This document shows, in pieces, positions 22,600 to 33,228 of a DNA stretch of 64,000 nucleotides. The notes beneath the pieces are model-generated. The model searched no databases and was not told where the DNA came from. It saw only the letters and a program-made list of their open reading frames with translations. The DNA comes from an uncultured Acidimicrobiia bacterium (GTDB lineage: Bacteria; Acidobacteriota; Terriglobia; Versatilivoradales; Versatilivoraceae). The translations under genes were made by a program, and so were the position numbers. Where the stretch lies: assembly GCA_963786955.1 (NCBI GenBank), contig CAWBAT010000005.1:1088001-1152000 (forward strand), in the 5' to 3' direction. The number at the start of each line of letters is the position of its first letter. The stretch's first letter is position 1.

Positions 22600-24081
22600 A
22601 TGAGCGAAAAACCCAAGACTCTTGGTGAATTGAAGAAAAGCCCCTGGGGAACCCCTTCAATGCGGCAGCGGACCGTCAAAGACGAGATGCGAGCCAATTT
22701 GATTGGCAAGCTCGAAGAAGGAGATCACCTCTTTCCCGGAATTGTTGGTTATGAAGACTCGGTAATCCCTCAGATTATCAACGCGGTCCTTTCCAGGCAT
22801 AACATGATCTTGCTTGGGTTGCGAGGGCAGGCCAAATCAAAAATTCTCAGAAGTCTCATCGATCTGCTCGATCCCGAAATACCTGTCATTGCAGGTTGCG
22901 AAATCAATGACAGCCCTTTCTCTCCGGTGTGTCGATTTTGCCGATCCTTGTTACGCGAGAAAGGAGACGCGACGCCGATTCACTTCATTGCTCGATCGGA
23001 GCGCTATGTTGAGAAGTTGGCTACTCCCGATGTCACCATCGCAGACATGCTTGGCGATGTGGATCCGATCCGGGCCGCACGCGGTGGCCTGAATCTTTCA
23101 GACGAGCTCACGATCCATTATGGCCTCTTGCCTCGAGCCAATCGAGGAATCTTCGCCATTAACGAGTTGCCGGATCTGGCTGGGAAGATCCAAGTCGGTC
23201 TTTTCAATATCCTACAGGAAGGGGATATTCAAATTAAGGGTTTCCCCCTCCGTCTCGCCCTGGATGTGGCCATTGTGTTTACAGCGAATCCGGAAGACTA
23301 CACTGCTCGGGGCAAAATCATCACTCCGCTCAAAGACCGCATCGGGTCGGAGATCAGGACCCATTATCCGGTGACTCTCGATCATGGAATTGCCATCACG
23401 GAACAGGAGGCTTGGGTCCAGCGGCAACAAAACACTCCTTTGCTGGTCCCGCTTTACATCAAAGAAATTGTTGAGGGAATCGCATTCCAGGCGCGTCAGG
23501 ACAAGAAAATCGACAAACGTTCCGGTGTCAGTCAGCGACTTCCGATCACCGTATTAGAAAACGTCGTGTCGAATGCCGAACGCCGATCGATTGTCCATCG
23601 GGAAAAGACGGTGGTGCCGCGTGTTGCCGACATTTACGCCGCTATTCCCTCGATGACAGGAAAGCTTGAACTCGAGTATGAAGGTGAGCTCAAAGGGGCT
23701 GAGAGCGTGGCGCTGGAATTGATCCGGGCTTCCGTTCGACAGGCCTTTCAGCGAATCCTGGGGGACTCAGACCTGCAACAGATCGTGGACTGGTTTGAGC
23801 TGGGGGGGAGCCTCAAACTCTCCGACATGGCGACTGCTGCTGAAGTATTCAAACAGCTCAGCCTCATTCAGGGCCTCACAGACAAACTGGGCCTGCTCGG
23901 AGTTAACAAGAAAGATGATGTTGCGTTTCAAGTTTCCGCCGGCGAGTTTATTCTCGAAGGTCTCTATGCCATGCAAAAGATCCACCGGAGTGAAGAAAAA
24001 GGATACATCGCCGCGGAAAGAAAGCGCGTGGAGACCTATTTCGACGAAAAGCCGGGGCGGTCGCGGAAGTCGTTCAATTAA
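22600..24081 (+). CDS. AAA+ ATPase, Mg-chelatase-like (Rv0958-type)
   Basis: Variant Walker A GLRGQAKS, ANRGIFAINELPD, TANPEDY. Confidence 0.85.
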   Translation: MSEKPKTLGELKKSPWGTPSMRQRTVKDEMRANLIGKLEEGDHLFPGIVGYEDSVIPQIINAVLSRHNMILLGLRGQAKSKILRSLIDLLDPEIPVIAGCEINDSPFSPVCRFCRSLLREKGDATPIHFIARSERYVEKLATPDVTIADMLGDVDPIRAARGGLNLSDELTIHYGLLPRANRGIFAINELPDLAGKIQVGLFNILQEGDIQIKGFPLRLALDVAIVFTANPEDYTARGKIITPLKDRIGSEIRTHYPVTLDHGIAITEQEAWVQRQQNTPLLVPLYIKEIVEGIAFQARQDKKIDKRSGVSQRLPITVLENVVSNAERRSIVHREKTVVPRVADIYAAIPSMTGKLELEYEGELKGAESVALELIRASVRQAFQRILGDSDLQQIVDWFELGGSLKLSDMATAAEVFKQLSLIQGLTDKLGLLGVNKKDDVAFQVSAGEFILEGLYAMQKIHRSEEKGYIAAERKRVETYFDEKPGRSRKSFN

Positions 24082-24098
24082 GCATTCAAAGGTGTCCA

Positions 24099-25358
24099 GT
24101 GAAGAGCATCAAGTATTCAAAATTTCTCGGGTTTGATTGGGACTCTTTGAGCCTTGAGGACCTCCTTCAAAAACTGTCCGATTATTTGTTACAAAGCGGA
24201 TTCCAAAGTGATTATGGTGGTTATTCGATGGGTGGGGAGGACCACACGCTCGAGAGTCTCCAAGATGCCATTCTGGATGCCCTTCTGAACCATGGACTGC
24301 TTTCCGATGAGCAATTGGAACAGTTGCTGGCGCAGCCGGAAGAAGAACGCGATTCCCGCCTTTCTGAGTTGGTTCAAAAGCTCGTCCAGCGTTTGTTGGA
24401 AGAAGGGTATATTTCATTTTCGGATGAACCGTCTCAAGGGGATGGCCAGGATGCGTTTGAGGGCCCGGGATATGAGGATCTCGAAGTTGGACAGGTGCGG
24501 TTTGAACTGACAAACAAAGGTCTTGATTTTCTGGGATTCAAAACCCTTAAAGATCTCTTAGGCTCGATTGGCAAAAGCAGCTTTGGAAGGCATGACACGC
24601 GCGACTTGTCGACAGGGATCGAAAGTAGCGGGGCGTCACGTCCTTATCAATTTGGGGACACCCTCAATCTGGATGTGAGCGGAACCTTGCTGAATGCCGT
24701 GGAACGGGAAGGGCTGGGGGTTCCCCTCAATATTGACTACCAGGACTTGATGGTTCATCAAACCGAATACCACAGCTCCTGCGCGACGGTTGTCATGCTG
24801 GATTGCAGCCACAGCATGATTCTTTATGGAGAAGACCGCTTTACGCCGGCTAAGAAAGTGGCCCTGGCTCTCGCCCACCTGATCCACACGCAGTATCCCG
24901 GCGACACACTTAACCTCGTGTTGTTTCATGATTCAGCCGAAGAGGTTCCTCTCAGTCAGTTGGCACGCGTCCAGGTGGGACCGTATTACACCAATACGCG
25001 AGAAGGATTGCGCTTGGCACAGCGAATCCTGGCGCGACAACGGAAAGACATGAAGCAAATTATTATGATTACGGATGGGAAGCCTTCCGCCCTCACGAAG
25101 GAGAATGGATACATCTATAAAAATGCCTTCGGGCTTGATCCGCTGGTGGTCAGTGAGACCATCAAGGAAGTGGCAAACTGCCGCCGATCTGGAATTCTCA
25201 TCAACACCTTCATGCTGGCCCGGGATTTTGACTTAGTGAGCTTTGTCAAGAAGGTCACCGAGATCTGCCGTGGGAAAGCCTACTTTACGTCCCCCAACAC
25301 CCTCGGCCGTTATCTCCTACTCGATTACATGCAGAAGAAAAGCAAGACCATCCATTAA
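24099..25358 (+). CDS. VWA-domain partner of the AAA+ ATPase
   Basis: MIDAS DCSHS...TNT...TDG. Confidence 0.85.
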   Translation: MKSIKYSKFLGFDWDSLSLEDLLQKLSDYLLQSGFQSDYGGYSMGGEDHTLESLQDAILDALLNHGLLSDEQLEQLLAQPEEERDSRLSELVQKLVQRLLEEGYISFSDEPSQGDGQDAFEGPGYEDLEVGQVRFELTNKGLDFLGFKTLKDLLGSIGKSSFGRHDTRDLSTGIESSGASRPYQFGDTLNLDVSGTLLNAVEREGLGVPLNIDYQDLMVHQTEYHSSCATVVMLDCSHSMILYGEDRFTPAKKVALALAHLIHTQYPGDTLNLVLFHDSAEEVPLSQLARVQVGPYYTNTREGLRLAQRILARQRKDMKQIIMITDGKPSALTKENGYIYKNAFGLDPLVVSETIKEVANCRRSGILINTFMLARDFDLVSFVKKVTEICRGKAYFTSPNTLGRYLLLDYMQKKSKTIH

Positions 25359-25396
25359 CGCAGAATTCTGAAGTCATTTCCATGTCGCTAGGTAAA

Positions 25397-25477
25397 GCGG
25401 GCGCGCGGGACCGCTGTCACTCGGCGTACGCTCATAGAACGCGCGGGGGGGACAGCGGTCCCGCGCGTGCGTTCCAC
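25397..25477. repeat. GC-rich inverted repeat between convergent genes
   Basis: CGCGCGGGACCGCTGTC / GACAGCGGTCCCGCGCG. Confidence 0.65.
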
Positions 25478-27256
25478 CTAATGCTTGAACCAGTCGTCAC
25501 GGAAATAAAACGGGATGGTAATCTCCGCTTGGATTTCCACAGGCTGGCCACTCTTGAGACTGGGTTTAAACTTCCAACCAATCAAAGCATCGCGGGCGCT
25601 AATGTCCAGACGCGGATCCAACCTCTGAATGATTCGCACTGTGGCAGGATCGATGATTCCGTCCTTTCGTAAAACAGCATACAAAATCACGTGACCTTCC
25701 ACCTTTTCCCGAATCACCTCGGGGGGGTATTTGGGATCTACCTTCACGGTGGCGGATGGAGCCGTCAAGGGCGCATCCGTACGATTGGGGCCCGGCGGAA
25801 TGGCACTGGGGTCGGAGTTCATCGATTCATTGGGCAGTTCAGCAAAGCGAAAGATCCAGCTTCCTCGTTTGCTCGTGAAGTTAGGTGAATTCATGGAAGT
25901 GGTGTAAATCGTTTTCCCTTGCCTTTCCATTTCCTGAAGTGGGGAGGTGGTCACATCGGGTGGGAGATTGAGTTCCAGTTTCGCCGGCTGAGTGCCTGGC
26001 AAGAGAGAAGGCAAACGATCCCGTGATGCCGATAGCTTGGGCTGTTTCTTCTGTTCTTCTTTTTTCGTCTCTTCCTCAGGCTTCGGCGGAATTGGTGCCT
26101 GAATGACTGCGACACCTGCTCCGGAAGGGAGGGCAGGAGCCTGGCTCTTGATGGAGATCGCTGCAATGACGATGTCCGCTTTCCCCAATTCTTCTGTGCC
26201 TGCAGGCGCTTTGGCGTGTGACGGACTAACCATCCTTCCCACTGCGTTCACCTTGGGTACGGCTAGTTCCCCCTTCGGCAGTGCGGGCTGGTTCGAGTAA
26301 ACCAATAGATCCGACCCACTGGCTGAGCGGAGTTCCCTTTCTTGAACCTCACCCTTTGGCTCCTCAATCACCGGCACTGCTGGGAGCGGCTGCGAAGGGA
26401 GCGCCAGCTTCAGCTTCTGTGCAATTGCAGATTCTGGATTGACTGCTTGTGGCTGGACCTCCACCGATTGAGTCAATGCGGGCTCATCAGGAATCGTGAA
26501 CTTTGGTTTCTCAAGAACTACGGGTGCTTTCCCGGGTTCTAACTTGGCAGATTTGAGAAGAATATTGGGAAGAAGCAGTTTGGGGAGCGAATCAACTGAA
26601 GGCATCTCGGGCTGTTCGATAATCATTTCAACCGGTTTTTGAATCTCCGGGTGGATACGGGTTTCGGCTTCGGCCATTTTGGTATCAGGGATCTTCTCTT
26701 CCACGGGGGAGGAGAGGGTCTTCTCAGCAGCCTTTTCCAGAGTTTGTGAGGGCGCTATCGTGGGGAATTGACCATTCACTTTGTAGTAAGTGATTTTTTC
26801 CTTATCAAAATCAATGAATGCATTCCTTTTGGGGGCAATATGAATGACACTGATGAGGCAAATGATGATGAGATGCAGGAGCGTGGAGGTCAGTAGCGAA
26901 CGGACCGGCCGATAGGGTGCTACAAGCTCAAGGAACTGAACATCTGAAGAAGAATGAGCGGCTTCCCCCACCGGCTCGGACTGCCAAGGAATGCTGAGCC
27001 GACCTGACGGGAAGGGATCGGTCTCTTCAGAGTCCCCATCTAGTTTGCCCGGGGAAAGCGCTATAAGAGTATCAAGCCTGCCCCTCAACCGCACGATCGC
27101 GTCGGAGCGAGTGAGCAGCTCCTCGCCAAAGTGGGATTGACGATAATAGCTCTCGAAAACCTCGTCACTTAGGTTTTCCCAGAGTCGAAGATTGACCTCC
27201 AGCTGCTCTAACTCGCCAGGCTCATTTGTGGTTGAATTTTGTCTTTGATACTCCAT
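25478..27256 (-). CDS. TonB-family protein
   Basis: TM with STLLH, long Pro-rich linker, C-terminal PKYP..VEGHV..WKFKP..GQPV. Confidence 0.85.
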   Translation of the reverse strand: MEYQRQNSTTNEPGELEQLEVNLRLWENLSDEVFESYYRQSHFGEELLTRSDAIVRLRGRLDTLIALSPGKLDGDSEETDPFPSGRLSIPWQSEPVGEAAHSSSDVQFLELVAPYRPVRSLLTSTLLHLIIICLISVIHIAPKRNAFIDFDKEKITYYKVNGQFPTIAPSQTLEKAAEKTLSSPVEEKIPDTKMAEAETRIHPEIQKPVEMIIEQPEMPSVDSLPKLLLPNILLKSAKLEPGKAPVVLEKPKFTIPDEPALTQSVEVQPQAVNPESAIAQKLKLALPSQPLPAVPVIEEPKGEVQERELRSASGSDLLVYSNQPALPKGELAVPKVNAVGRMVSPSHAKAPAGTEELGKADIVIAAISIKSQAPALPSGAGVAVIQAPIPPKPEEETKKEEQKKQPKLSASRDRLPSLLPGTQPAKLELNLPPDVTTSPLQEMERQGKTIYTTSMNSPNFTSKRGSWIFRFAELPNESMNSDPSAIPPGPNRTDAPLTAPSATVKVDPKYPPEVIREKVEGHVILYAVLRKDGIIDPATVRIIQRLDPRLDISARDALIGWKFKPSLKSGQPVEIQAEITIPFYFRDDWFKH

Positions 27257-27477
27257 CCCGAATCGGATTCCACGTTTAGATCAATTTGGGGCGAAGCTTG
27301 GGCACGCAAAATAATGCGCATTAGACCATAATTTGATCGTGAGCTACAATGCTCAAATATCTGAAAATTACTTTAACAGCCTAAAGATGGCATGGCATCC
27401 TCTTTCTTCGCTTTGGAATCTGATCTATCATAACAAAAGAGGTTATCGGTTCAATTGGGGGAAGGATAGCGACACGC

Positions 27478-28137
27478 ATGGGTATCGAGGTTCAAGAGAT
27501 TAAAGATGTCAGAAAGGGCGTTCTAATTGGAGGGGCCTGCGCTCTGTTGTTGGTTTCAACAACCTTCGCCGGGTACAAGAGTCAAAAGGTAAGAATGGAT
27601 CCAGCCGGCAGTTACGCCTGCCATCAGAAACAGGGTACCCTGACGATTGCGGCCGACCCGTATCAAACCTGGGAAAAATTAAAGACCGTATTCGATCTGA
27701 AAGAATTAGATCAGATGGGTGTCATTCCGGTTCAAGTGGTCCTGACTAATGAAGGGGAAGAAACGATTGTCGTTCAAGGAAGTGAGATTCACTTGCTGGA
27801 TAGAAAGAACCGCTCGATTGAGGGAATGACGGTTGACGATGTCATACGAGTTGTGATGGGCAAAAGCGCTCCCCCAACTAAGAGTCCGACGAAGTCTCCT
27901 CTTCCCTTTCCCAGGCCGGGCGGGCATCGAGGAGACTTATTTGAGATTGAAACCGATTTGACCAATAAGTCTTTGGGGGAAACGCGGGTGACGCCGAAGT
28001 CTACGGTTGGCGGCTTCCTGTATTTTCGATTACCTGAAAATCAACGGGATCTGAGCGGTTACAAAGTTTATATTCCTGAAATTAGGCAGCTCCGGAGCGG
28101 GGAATCGCTCCTTTTTTTTGAGATCGACTTGAAGTGA
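27478..28137 (+). CDS. Hypothetical exported protein
   Basis: 219-aa ORF with signal-like segment; GGFLYF near the C-terminus. Confidence 0.65.
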   Translation: MGIEVQEIKDVRKGVLIGGACALLLVSTTFAGYKSQKVRMDPAGSYACHQKQGTLTIAADPYQTWEKLKTVFDLKELDQMGVIPVQVVLTNEGEETIVVQGSEIHLLDRKNRSIEGMTVDDVIRVVMGKSAPPTKSPTKSPLPFPRPGGHRGDLFEIETDLTNKSLGETRVTPKSTVGGFLYFRLPENQRDLSGYKVYIPEIRQLRSGESLLFFEIDLK

Positions 28138-28167
28138 AATCGTTTTCGGGAGGAGGGTTGATTCACT

Positions 28168-28848
28168 ATGCGAACCTGGACGGAGTTCTTTCACTTGAAT
28201 TTGGTTTTTTTCCTTTTTTCACTTTCGGGCAGTGCCCAAACCATCGAACAGGTCACCATACCGGCTGGGATAAAATTCAAAGCGCGGCTCGAGACACCTA
28301 TCAGCTCAAAAATCTCGGAAGTTGGTGATAAGATTGTAGTTACATTGTTGGAACCCTTACCGATTGACTCTCAACATGCCTTACCTCGTGGGATCGAAAT
28401 GACCGGACAGATTACGCAGGTGAAGCGGGCCGGGCAGGTAAAAGGCAAGGCGGAGGTATATGCCCTCATCAATGAGCTGACAACAAGCTACGGATCAGAA
28501 CCCATCGCCGTTTCTGTTGTCTCGGCAGACGATTTCGTGAACGACGAGAAGATCCGAACGGATGAGGAAGGGAAACTCATATCGAACCGTGATTTGGGAG
28601 ATGATGTCAAGAAAGCCGGAGCCGGGGCGGGGCTTGGGTCAATCGCCACGGCGCCCGTCGCCATCGCAACTGAGAACGTCGGTGCTGCCATTGCAGGTCC
28701 TGCAGCCGGAGCCTTGGCGGGCCTTCTTTTGACGCGGGGGAAAGAGATTCGGCTGGCAGTAGGAACTGTATTTCGAATGAAGTTCGACAAACCCGTGACG
28801 ATCCCCCTCTCCATGACTCGCCCCTTGTCTCACCCATCGACCCTTTGA
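28168..28848 (+). CDS. Hypothetical exported protein with glycine-zipper-like segment
   Basis: Signal peptide; TIPAG..L.TPISS beta module; GAGAGLG..AAGALAG. Confidence 0.7.
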   Translation: MRTWTEFFHLNLVFFLFSLSGSAQTIEQVTIPAGIKFKARLETPISSKISEVGDKIVVTLLEPLPIDSQHALPRGIEMTGQITQVKRAGQVKGKAEVYALINELTTSYGSEPIAVSVVSADDFVNDEKIRTDEEGKLISNRDLGDDVKKAGAGAGLGSIATAPVAIATENVGAAIAGPAAGALAGLLLTRGKEIRLAVGTVFRMKFDKPVTIPLSMTRPLSHPSTL

Positions 28849-28864
28849 GGGTCGTCTTGCTGCT

Positions 28865-29704
28865 TCACCGGGTCAGATGATCATAGAGCCGATGCAAGTC
28901 TTCTTGTGAGTAGTATTCAATCTCAATTTTTCCGCGTGGGCCGTTTTCGACGATCCGGACCCGCGTCCCGAGGACTCTTTCCAAATGCTCAAGAGCCGCT
29001 CGGACATTGGGATCGAGAGGATTTTGGACAATTTTCTTAGGCCTGGCTTTCCTGCCCGCCGCGATAGTTCTTTCTAATTGTCGGACGGACCACCCCTGGA
29101 CACAGGCTTTTTCAGCGATTTCCCGCTGGAGAGAATGCGGTTCCAGCCCAAGTAGTGCGCGCGCATGTCCCATGGAAAGGATCCCCTCTTGGATCATCTG
29201 CTGAATGTCTTTGGGCAATTTCAGCAAGCGGAGGAAGTTTGCGATGGTTGAACGATCCTTACCCGTACGCTGGGCTACCTCTTCTTGAGTGAGGCCGAAT
29301 TCGTGGGCGAGCCGGTGATAGGCTCGAGCCTCTTCGATTGGATTTAAGTTCTCCCTCTGAATATTTTCAATGAGCGAGACCTCCAACAGCTTTTCGTTGG
29401 AGACTTCCCGGACGAGGGCTGGAACTCGCAGCAGGCCTAATCTCTGCGCCGCCCGCCAACGGCGCTCTCCCGCCACAATCTGATAGCGGTTGCCGTGTCT
29501 GCGAACGATCAAGGGTTGCACGAATCCATGGGTTCGAATGGATTGGCTGAGTTCTTCGAGCTTGGCGTCAGCAAAGACCTGTCGAGGCTGGAAAGGATTG
29601 GGCTCGAGCAGATCGAGGTCGAGTTCCCGAAGCTCAGGTTCTGTCGTTTCTTCACGATCCTTGAGAAGCGCGCTCAGTCCTTTCCCGAGAGCTTGTCTTG
29701 TCAT
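28865..29704 (-). CDS. parB: Chromosome partitioning protein ParB
   Basis: LGKGLSALL, NPFQPR, AGERRWRA, ENIQRE, HTH. Confidence 0.97.
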   Translation of the reverse strand: MTRQALGKGLSALLKDREETTEPELRELDLDLLEPNPFQPRQVFADAKLEELSQSIRTHGFVQPLIVRRHGNRYQIVAGERRWRAAQRLGLLRVPALVREVSNEKLLEVSLIENIQRENLNPIEEARAYHRLAHEFGLTQEEVAQRTGKDRSTIANFLRLLKLPKDIQQMIQEGILSMGHARALLGLEPHSLQREIAEKACVQGWSVRQLERTIAAGRKARPKKIVQNPLDPNVRAALEHLERVLGTRVRIVENGPRGKIEIEYYSQEDLHRLYDHLTR

Positions 29705-30458
29705 TTCGAATGACCTCCTTGGCTAAATCGAGATAACTTTCGGCCCCGCGAGACCGTATGTCATAGAGCAGGATGGGTTTCCCGTGGCTAGGGGCCTCTG
29801 CCAGGCGAATATTCCGCGGGATTACAGTCTTGAAGACCTGTGAGCCGAAATAGTCCCGCAGATCCTGCACCACCTGACGCGATAGCTTGGTCCTCTCGTC
29901 ATACATGGTTAGAACAAAGCCTTCGACTTCCAGTTCAGGGTTCAAATTGCGGCGGATCCGGATGAGTGTGTCCAGCATTTCAGAGACCCCCTCGAGCGCG
30001 AAGTATTCGCACTGAATGGGGATCAATAGCGACGCGGCTGCCGTCAGGGCATTTACTGTCAGGATGTCCAGGGATGGCGGGCAATCCAGCAGCACGAAGT
30101 CATACCGCGCAAGAATCGGCTGAATGGCGTCTTTGAGCCGAAACTCCCGACGATCAAGGGAAAACAATTCTACAGCCGCTCCGACTAAGTTGCGATCCGA
30201 AGGAACAAGATCCAACCCATCCAGTTCCGTTGCCTGGATGAGATCTTCAATCGAGGCCTGCCCTAGGAAAAGATGGTAAAGACTTCGACGTCGCGGGTCT
30301 TTTCGCAACCCCAGTCCGCTCGAAGCATTCGCCTGGGGATCGCAATCAATAAGCAGGGTTTTCATCTCGGCCGCTGCCAACGAGGCACCGAGGTTGATGG
30401 AGGTGGTAGTTTTCCCTACCCCGCCCTTTTGATTGGCTATGGCAATAACACGACTCAA
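29652..30458 (-). CDS. parA: Chromosome partitioning ATPase ParA/Soj
   Basis: NQKGGVGKTT, DPQAN, DCPPSL, EAPSHG. Confidence 0.97.
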   Translation of the reverse strand: MSRVIAIANQKGGVGKTTTSINLGASLAAAEMKTLLIDCDPQANASSGLGLRKDPRRRSLYHLFLGQASIEDLIQATELDGLDLVPSDRNLVGAAVELFSLDRREFRLKDAIQPILARYDFVLLDCPPSLDILTVNALTAAASLLIPIQCEYFALEGVSEMLDTLIRIRRNLNPELEVEGFVLTMYDERTKLSRQVVQDLRDYFGSQVFKTVIPRNIRLAEAPSHGKPILLYDIRSRGAESYLDLAKEVIRNDKTSSRERTERASQGS

Positions 30459-30590
30459 GTCAGGAAGTCATCCTAAGCGCATTCACGGGATTCAAGAACC
30501 TCTTTCTTCTATCAGATTGCCTCTGGGAGATCAAACAATTTTACCCCGCCGAGAAAAGGCACCGGCATTCGGGGGAATGCGTTTTTATCT

Positions 30591-30642
30591 TGTTCCACGT
30601 GGAACCCTTCCCTGCCTCTCGCAAACTGTTCCACGTGGAACA
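30591..30642. promoter_or_regulatory. Two parS sites
   Basis: TGTTCCACGTGGAACC (30591-30606) and perfect palindrome TGTTCCACGTGGAACA (30627-30642) upstream of parA. Confidence 0.95.
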
Positions 30643-30697
30643 CTCCCCCAGTTCCAGATTCTTCCTCACAGGATCCTGCCTGAAGAAATACCAACCG

Positions 30698-31345
30698 TCA
30701 GGAATACCATTGGCCTGTCAGCAAGACATGATTGGTGTTCCAAGGAACCGAAACAGGATCGTTCCATTGAATTCCTTCCAGCCTCTTACGTAAAGTTGCC
30801 GCAGAACCCGGGGTCATGAACAGCAGCACTTTTCGAGACCCGCTCAAAAGAGGTCTTCCCGCCTTTAGAATTGCTGCTTGGTTCCCAACCCCTCTGGAAA
30901 TCAATACAGCCGGCAGGCGCGGCAAGATCGGGAGAGGATCCGCTTCTAACCGACAGGATAGAATCTCCACACCCTTCAGCCCCAGTTCTCGTTTCAAGGC
31001 AGCCAGGAAGGCAGCTCGTTTCTGGCGGGGTTCCATCAAGATCAACTCGAGATCCGGTCGGTAAACCTTCATGGCCATTCCCGGAAATCCTGCCCCGGAG
31101 CCAATGTCTAGGCAAGGTGAATCCTCGCTTCGGAGTAGTCGGGCACCCAGGAAAGACTCAGCAAACAAGTTTTCCAAGACTTCGACCGGGGCCATCCGAG
31201 CCGTCAAGTTTATTCGTGTGTTCCATTTTTGGAGCAATTCAAAGTAGGCACACACCTGCTCAGCCGTCGATTGACCGATCGGTAGACCCCGGCGTCCAAG
31301 CACCTCCTGGACCCAGTTTGGAGCGATTTCTCGGGGTTTTCCCAT
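30698..31345 (-). CDS. rsmG: 16S rRNA m7G methyltransferase
   Basis: WN.RINLT, DIGSGAGFPG; synteny with mnmG and parA. Confidence 0.93.
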   Translation of the reverse strand: MGKPREIAPNWVQEVLGRRGLPIGQSTAEQVCAYFELLQKWNTRINLTARMAPVEVLENLFAESFLGARLLRSEDSPCLDIGSGAGFPGMAMKVYRPDLELILMEPRQKRAAFLAALKRELGLKGVEILSCRLEADPLPILPRLPAVLISRGVGNQAAILKAGRPLLSGSRKVLLFMTPGSAATLRKRLEGIQWNDPVSVPWNTNHVLLTGQWYS

Positions 31346-31356
31346 AAGATAAGAGG

Positions 31357-33213
31357 CTACGGGTTCGAGGGCTGATGGGAATTCATCTCGAGATAGATAT
31401 TGAGGATGGACAAGGCGGCCGGTGTCATCCCAGGAATCCGGCCGGCTTGTCCAATGGTCAGCGGACGGACCCGGGACAATTTCTCAACCACCTCCCGAGA
31501 GAGGCCGGATATCCCCAAATACTCGAAACCTGCAGGGATGGTCCGAGATTCGGCTTTTTTCAAGCGCTCGATTTCCGTGGTCTGCTGAGCCAGATAACCT
31601 TCGTATTTGATGGCCGTTTCAACTGCTTTGGTCTCTTCCCAGCTCAACCGAGATTGCAGTTCTGAAGGCAAGAGATTCAAGAACCCTTCAATCTTGACTT
31701 CGGGACGCTTCAAGGCTTGAGCGGCGCTGATTTTCCCATCTTCTACTTTAACGCGAATCGATTGGAGCTGCTCCTGTAACAGTCGGAGACGTTCTTGTTT
31801 TTCAAGATAGCGACGATAGTCTTGCTCCTGGATCATTCCGATCTGATACCCGAGCGGCGTTAATCGCTGGTCGGCATTGTCGATACGAAGGTGCAGCCGG
31901 TATTCCGCTCTGGAAGTGAACATGCGGTAAGGTTCATTGGTCCCTTGGGTCACGAGATCATCAATTAGGATCCCGATGTAGGCCTGGTCACGGCGCAGGA
32001 GCAACGGGTCTTTGGATTGAATCTTCAAGGCGGCGTTGATCCCGGCGATCAATCCTTGACAGGCCGCTTCTTCATATCCAGTAGTCCCGTTGATTTGCCC
32101 GGCATGGAATAACCCCTCGACCCGTTTGGTTTCAAGCGTCGGACACAGTTCCGTCGGTTCTACGAAGTCATATTCAATCGCATACCCGGGTCGAATGAAT
32201 TCGGCATCCTCCAAACCAGAAATGGCCCGCACCAGCTTCATCTGAACATCCACGGGCATACTGGTCGAGAGTCCATTGAGATACACTTCGTTGGTGTGGA
32301 GACCCTCCGGTTCGAGAAATAATTGGTGGCGGGACTTATCTGGAAATTTGACGACCTTGTCTTCAAACGAGGGACAATACCTTGGACCGATGCTGTTTAT
32401 CTGGCCACTATAAAGCGGCGATCGCCCCATGTTATCCCGGATGATTTGGTGTACGGCGTCATCCGTATACGTAATATAACAGGAAATCTGCGGTTGAGTA
32501 ATGGCCCGGGTCTTGAAGGAAAAGGGCGTTGGGCGTTCGTCTCCCCGTTGTTCTTCGAGTCGGCTGAAGTCAATACTCCGCTTGTCTAGCCGAGGCGGTG
32601 TACCGGTTTTCATTCTCCCCCAACGAAAACCAATCGATTGGATCGAGTTCGCTAAGGCGATTGAGGGAGATTCTCCGCTCCTTCCTGCGGAATGGCGGTT
32701 CTCTCCCACATGGATCAGGCCGTTCAGGAAAGTCCCTGTGGTCAGGATCACGGCTTGGGCTTGAATCCTGCGGCCGTCTCTAAATTCCACACCCTGCACA
32801 GCCTTCTCATCTCTCAAAATAGCCACGGCTTCGGCCTGTTTTATCTTCAGACCTGGCTGGCTCTCCAAGACACGACGCATTTCTATCCGGTAGGCCTGCT
32901 TGTCCGCTTGGGCGCGGGGAGACCAAACGGCAGGGCCGCGGCTGCTGTTTAGCAAACGAAATTGGATACCCACTTTATCGATGACTTCACCCATCACGCC
33001 ACCGAGAGCGTCAATTTCGCGAACCAGGTGGCCTTTGGCGATGCCTCCGATGGCCGGGTTACAGGACATCTGGGCAATAAGATCGATATTCATCGTAATG
33101 AGGGCAGTCTTCATCCCCATCTTAGCTGATGCAAGGGCTGCCTCGCATCCTGCGTGGCCGGCTCCAACAACAACTACGTCGAAATGGTCATCAAAGTCTG
33201 TTCGCAAAATCAT
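31357..33213 (-). CDS. mnmG: tRNA modification enzyme MnmG/GidA
   Basis: [35 protein letters not shown]. Confidence 0.98.
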   Translation of the reverse strand: MILRTDFDDHFDVVVVGAGHAGCEAALASAKMGMKTALITMNIDLIAQMSCNPAIGGIAKGHLVREIDALGGVMGEVIDKVGIQFRLLNSSRGPAVWSPRAQADKQAYRIEMRRVLESQPGLKIKQAEAVAILRDEKAVQGVEFRDGRRIQAQAVILTTGTFLNGLIHVGENRHSAGRSGESPSIALANSIQSIGFRWGRMKTGTPPRLDKRSIDFSRLEEQRGDERPTPFSFKTRAITQPQISCYITYTDDAVHQIIRDNMGRSPLYSGQINSIGPRYCPSFEDKVVKFPDKSRHQLFLEPEGLHTNEVYLNGLSTSMPVDVQMKLVRAISGLEDAEFIRPGYAIEYDFVEPTELCPTLETKRVEGLFHAGQINGTTGYEEAACQGLIAGINAALKIQSKDPLLLRRDQAYIGILIDDLVTQGTNEPYRMFTSRAEYRLHLRIDNADQRLTPLGYQIGMIQEQDYRRYLEKQERLRLLQEQLQSIRVKVEDGKISAAQALKRPEVKIEGFLNLLPSELQSRLSWEETKAVETAIKYEGYLAQQTTEIERLKKAESRTIPAGFEYLGISGLSREVVEKLSRVRPLTIGQAGRIPGMTPAALSILNIYLEMNSHQPSNP

Positions 33214-33228
33214 GGTTCCAGTAAGATT

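Noticed and set aside
30433-30819. ORFs containing VPRGT/FHVE repeats
   Set aside because: Translations of the two parS palindromes
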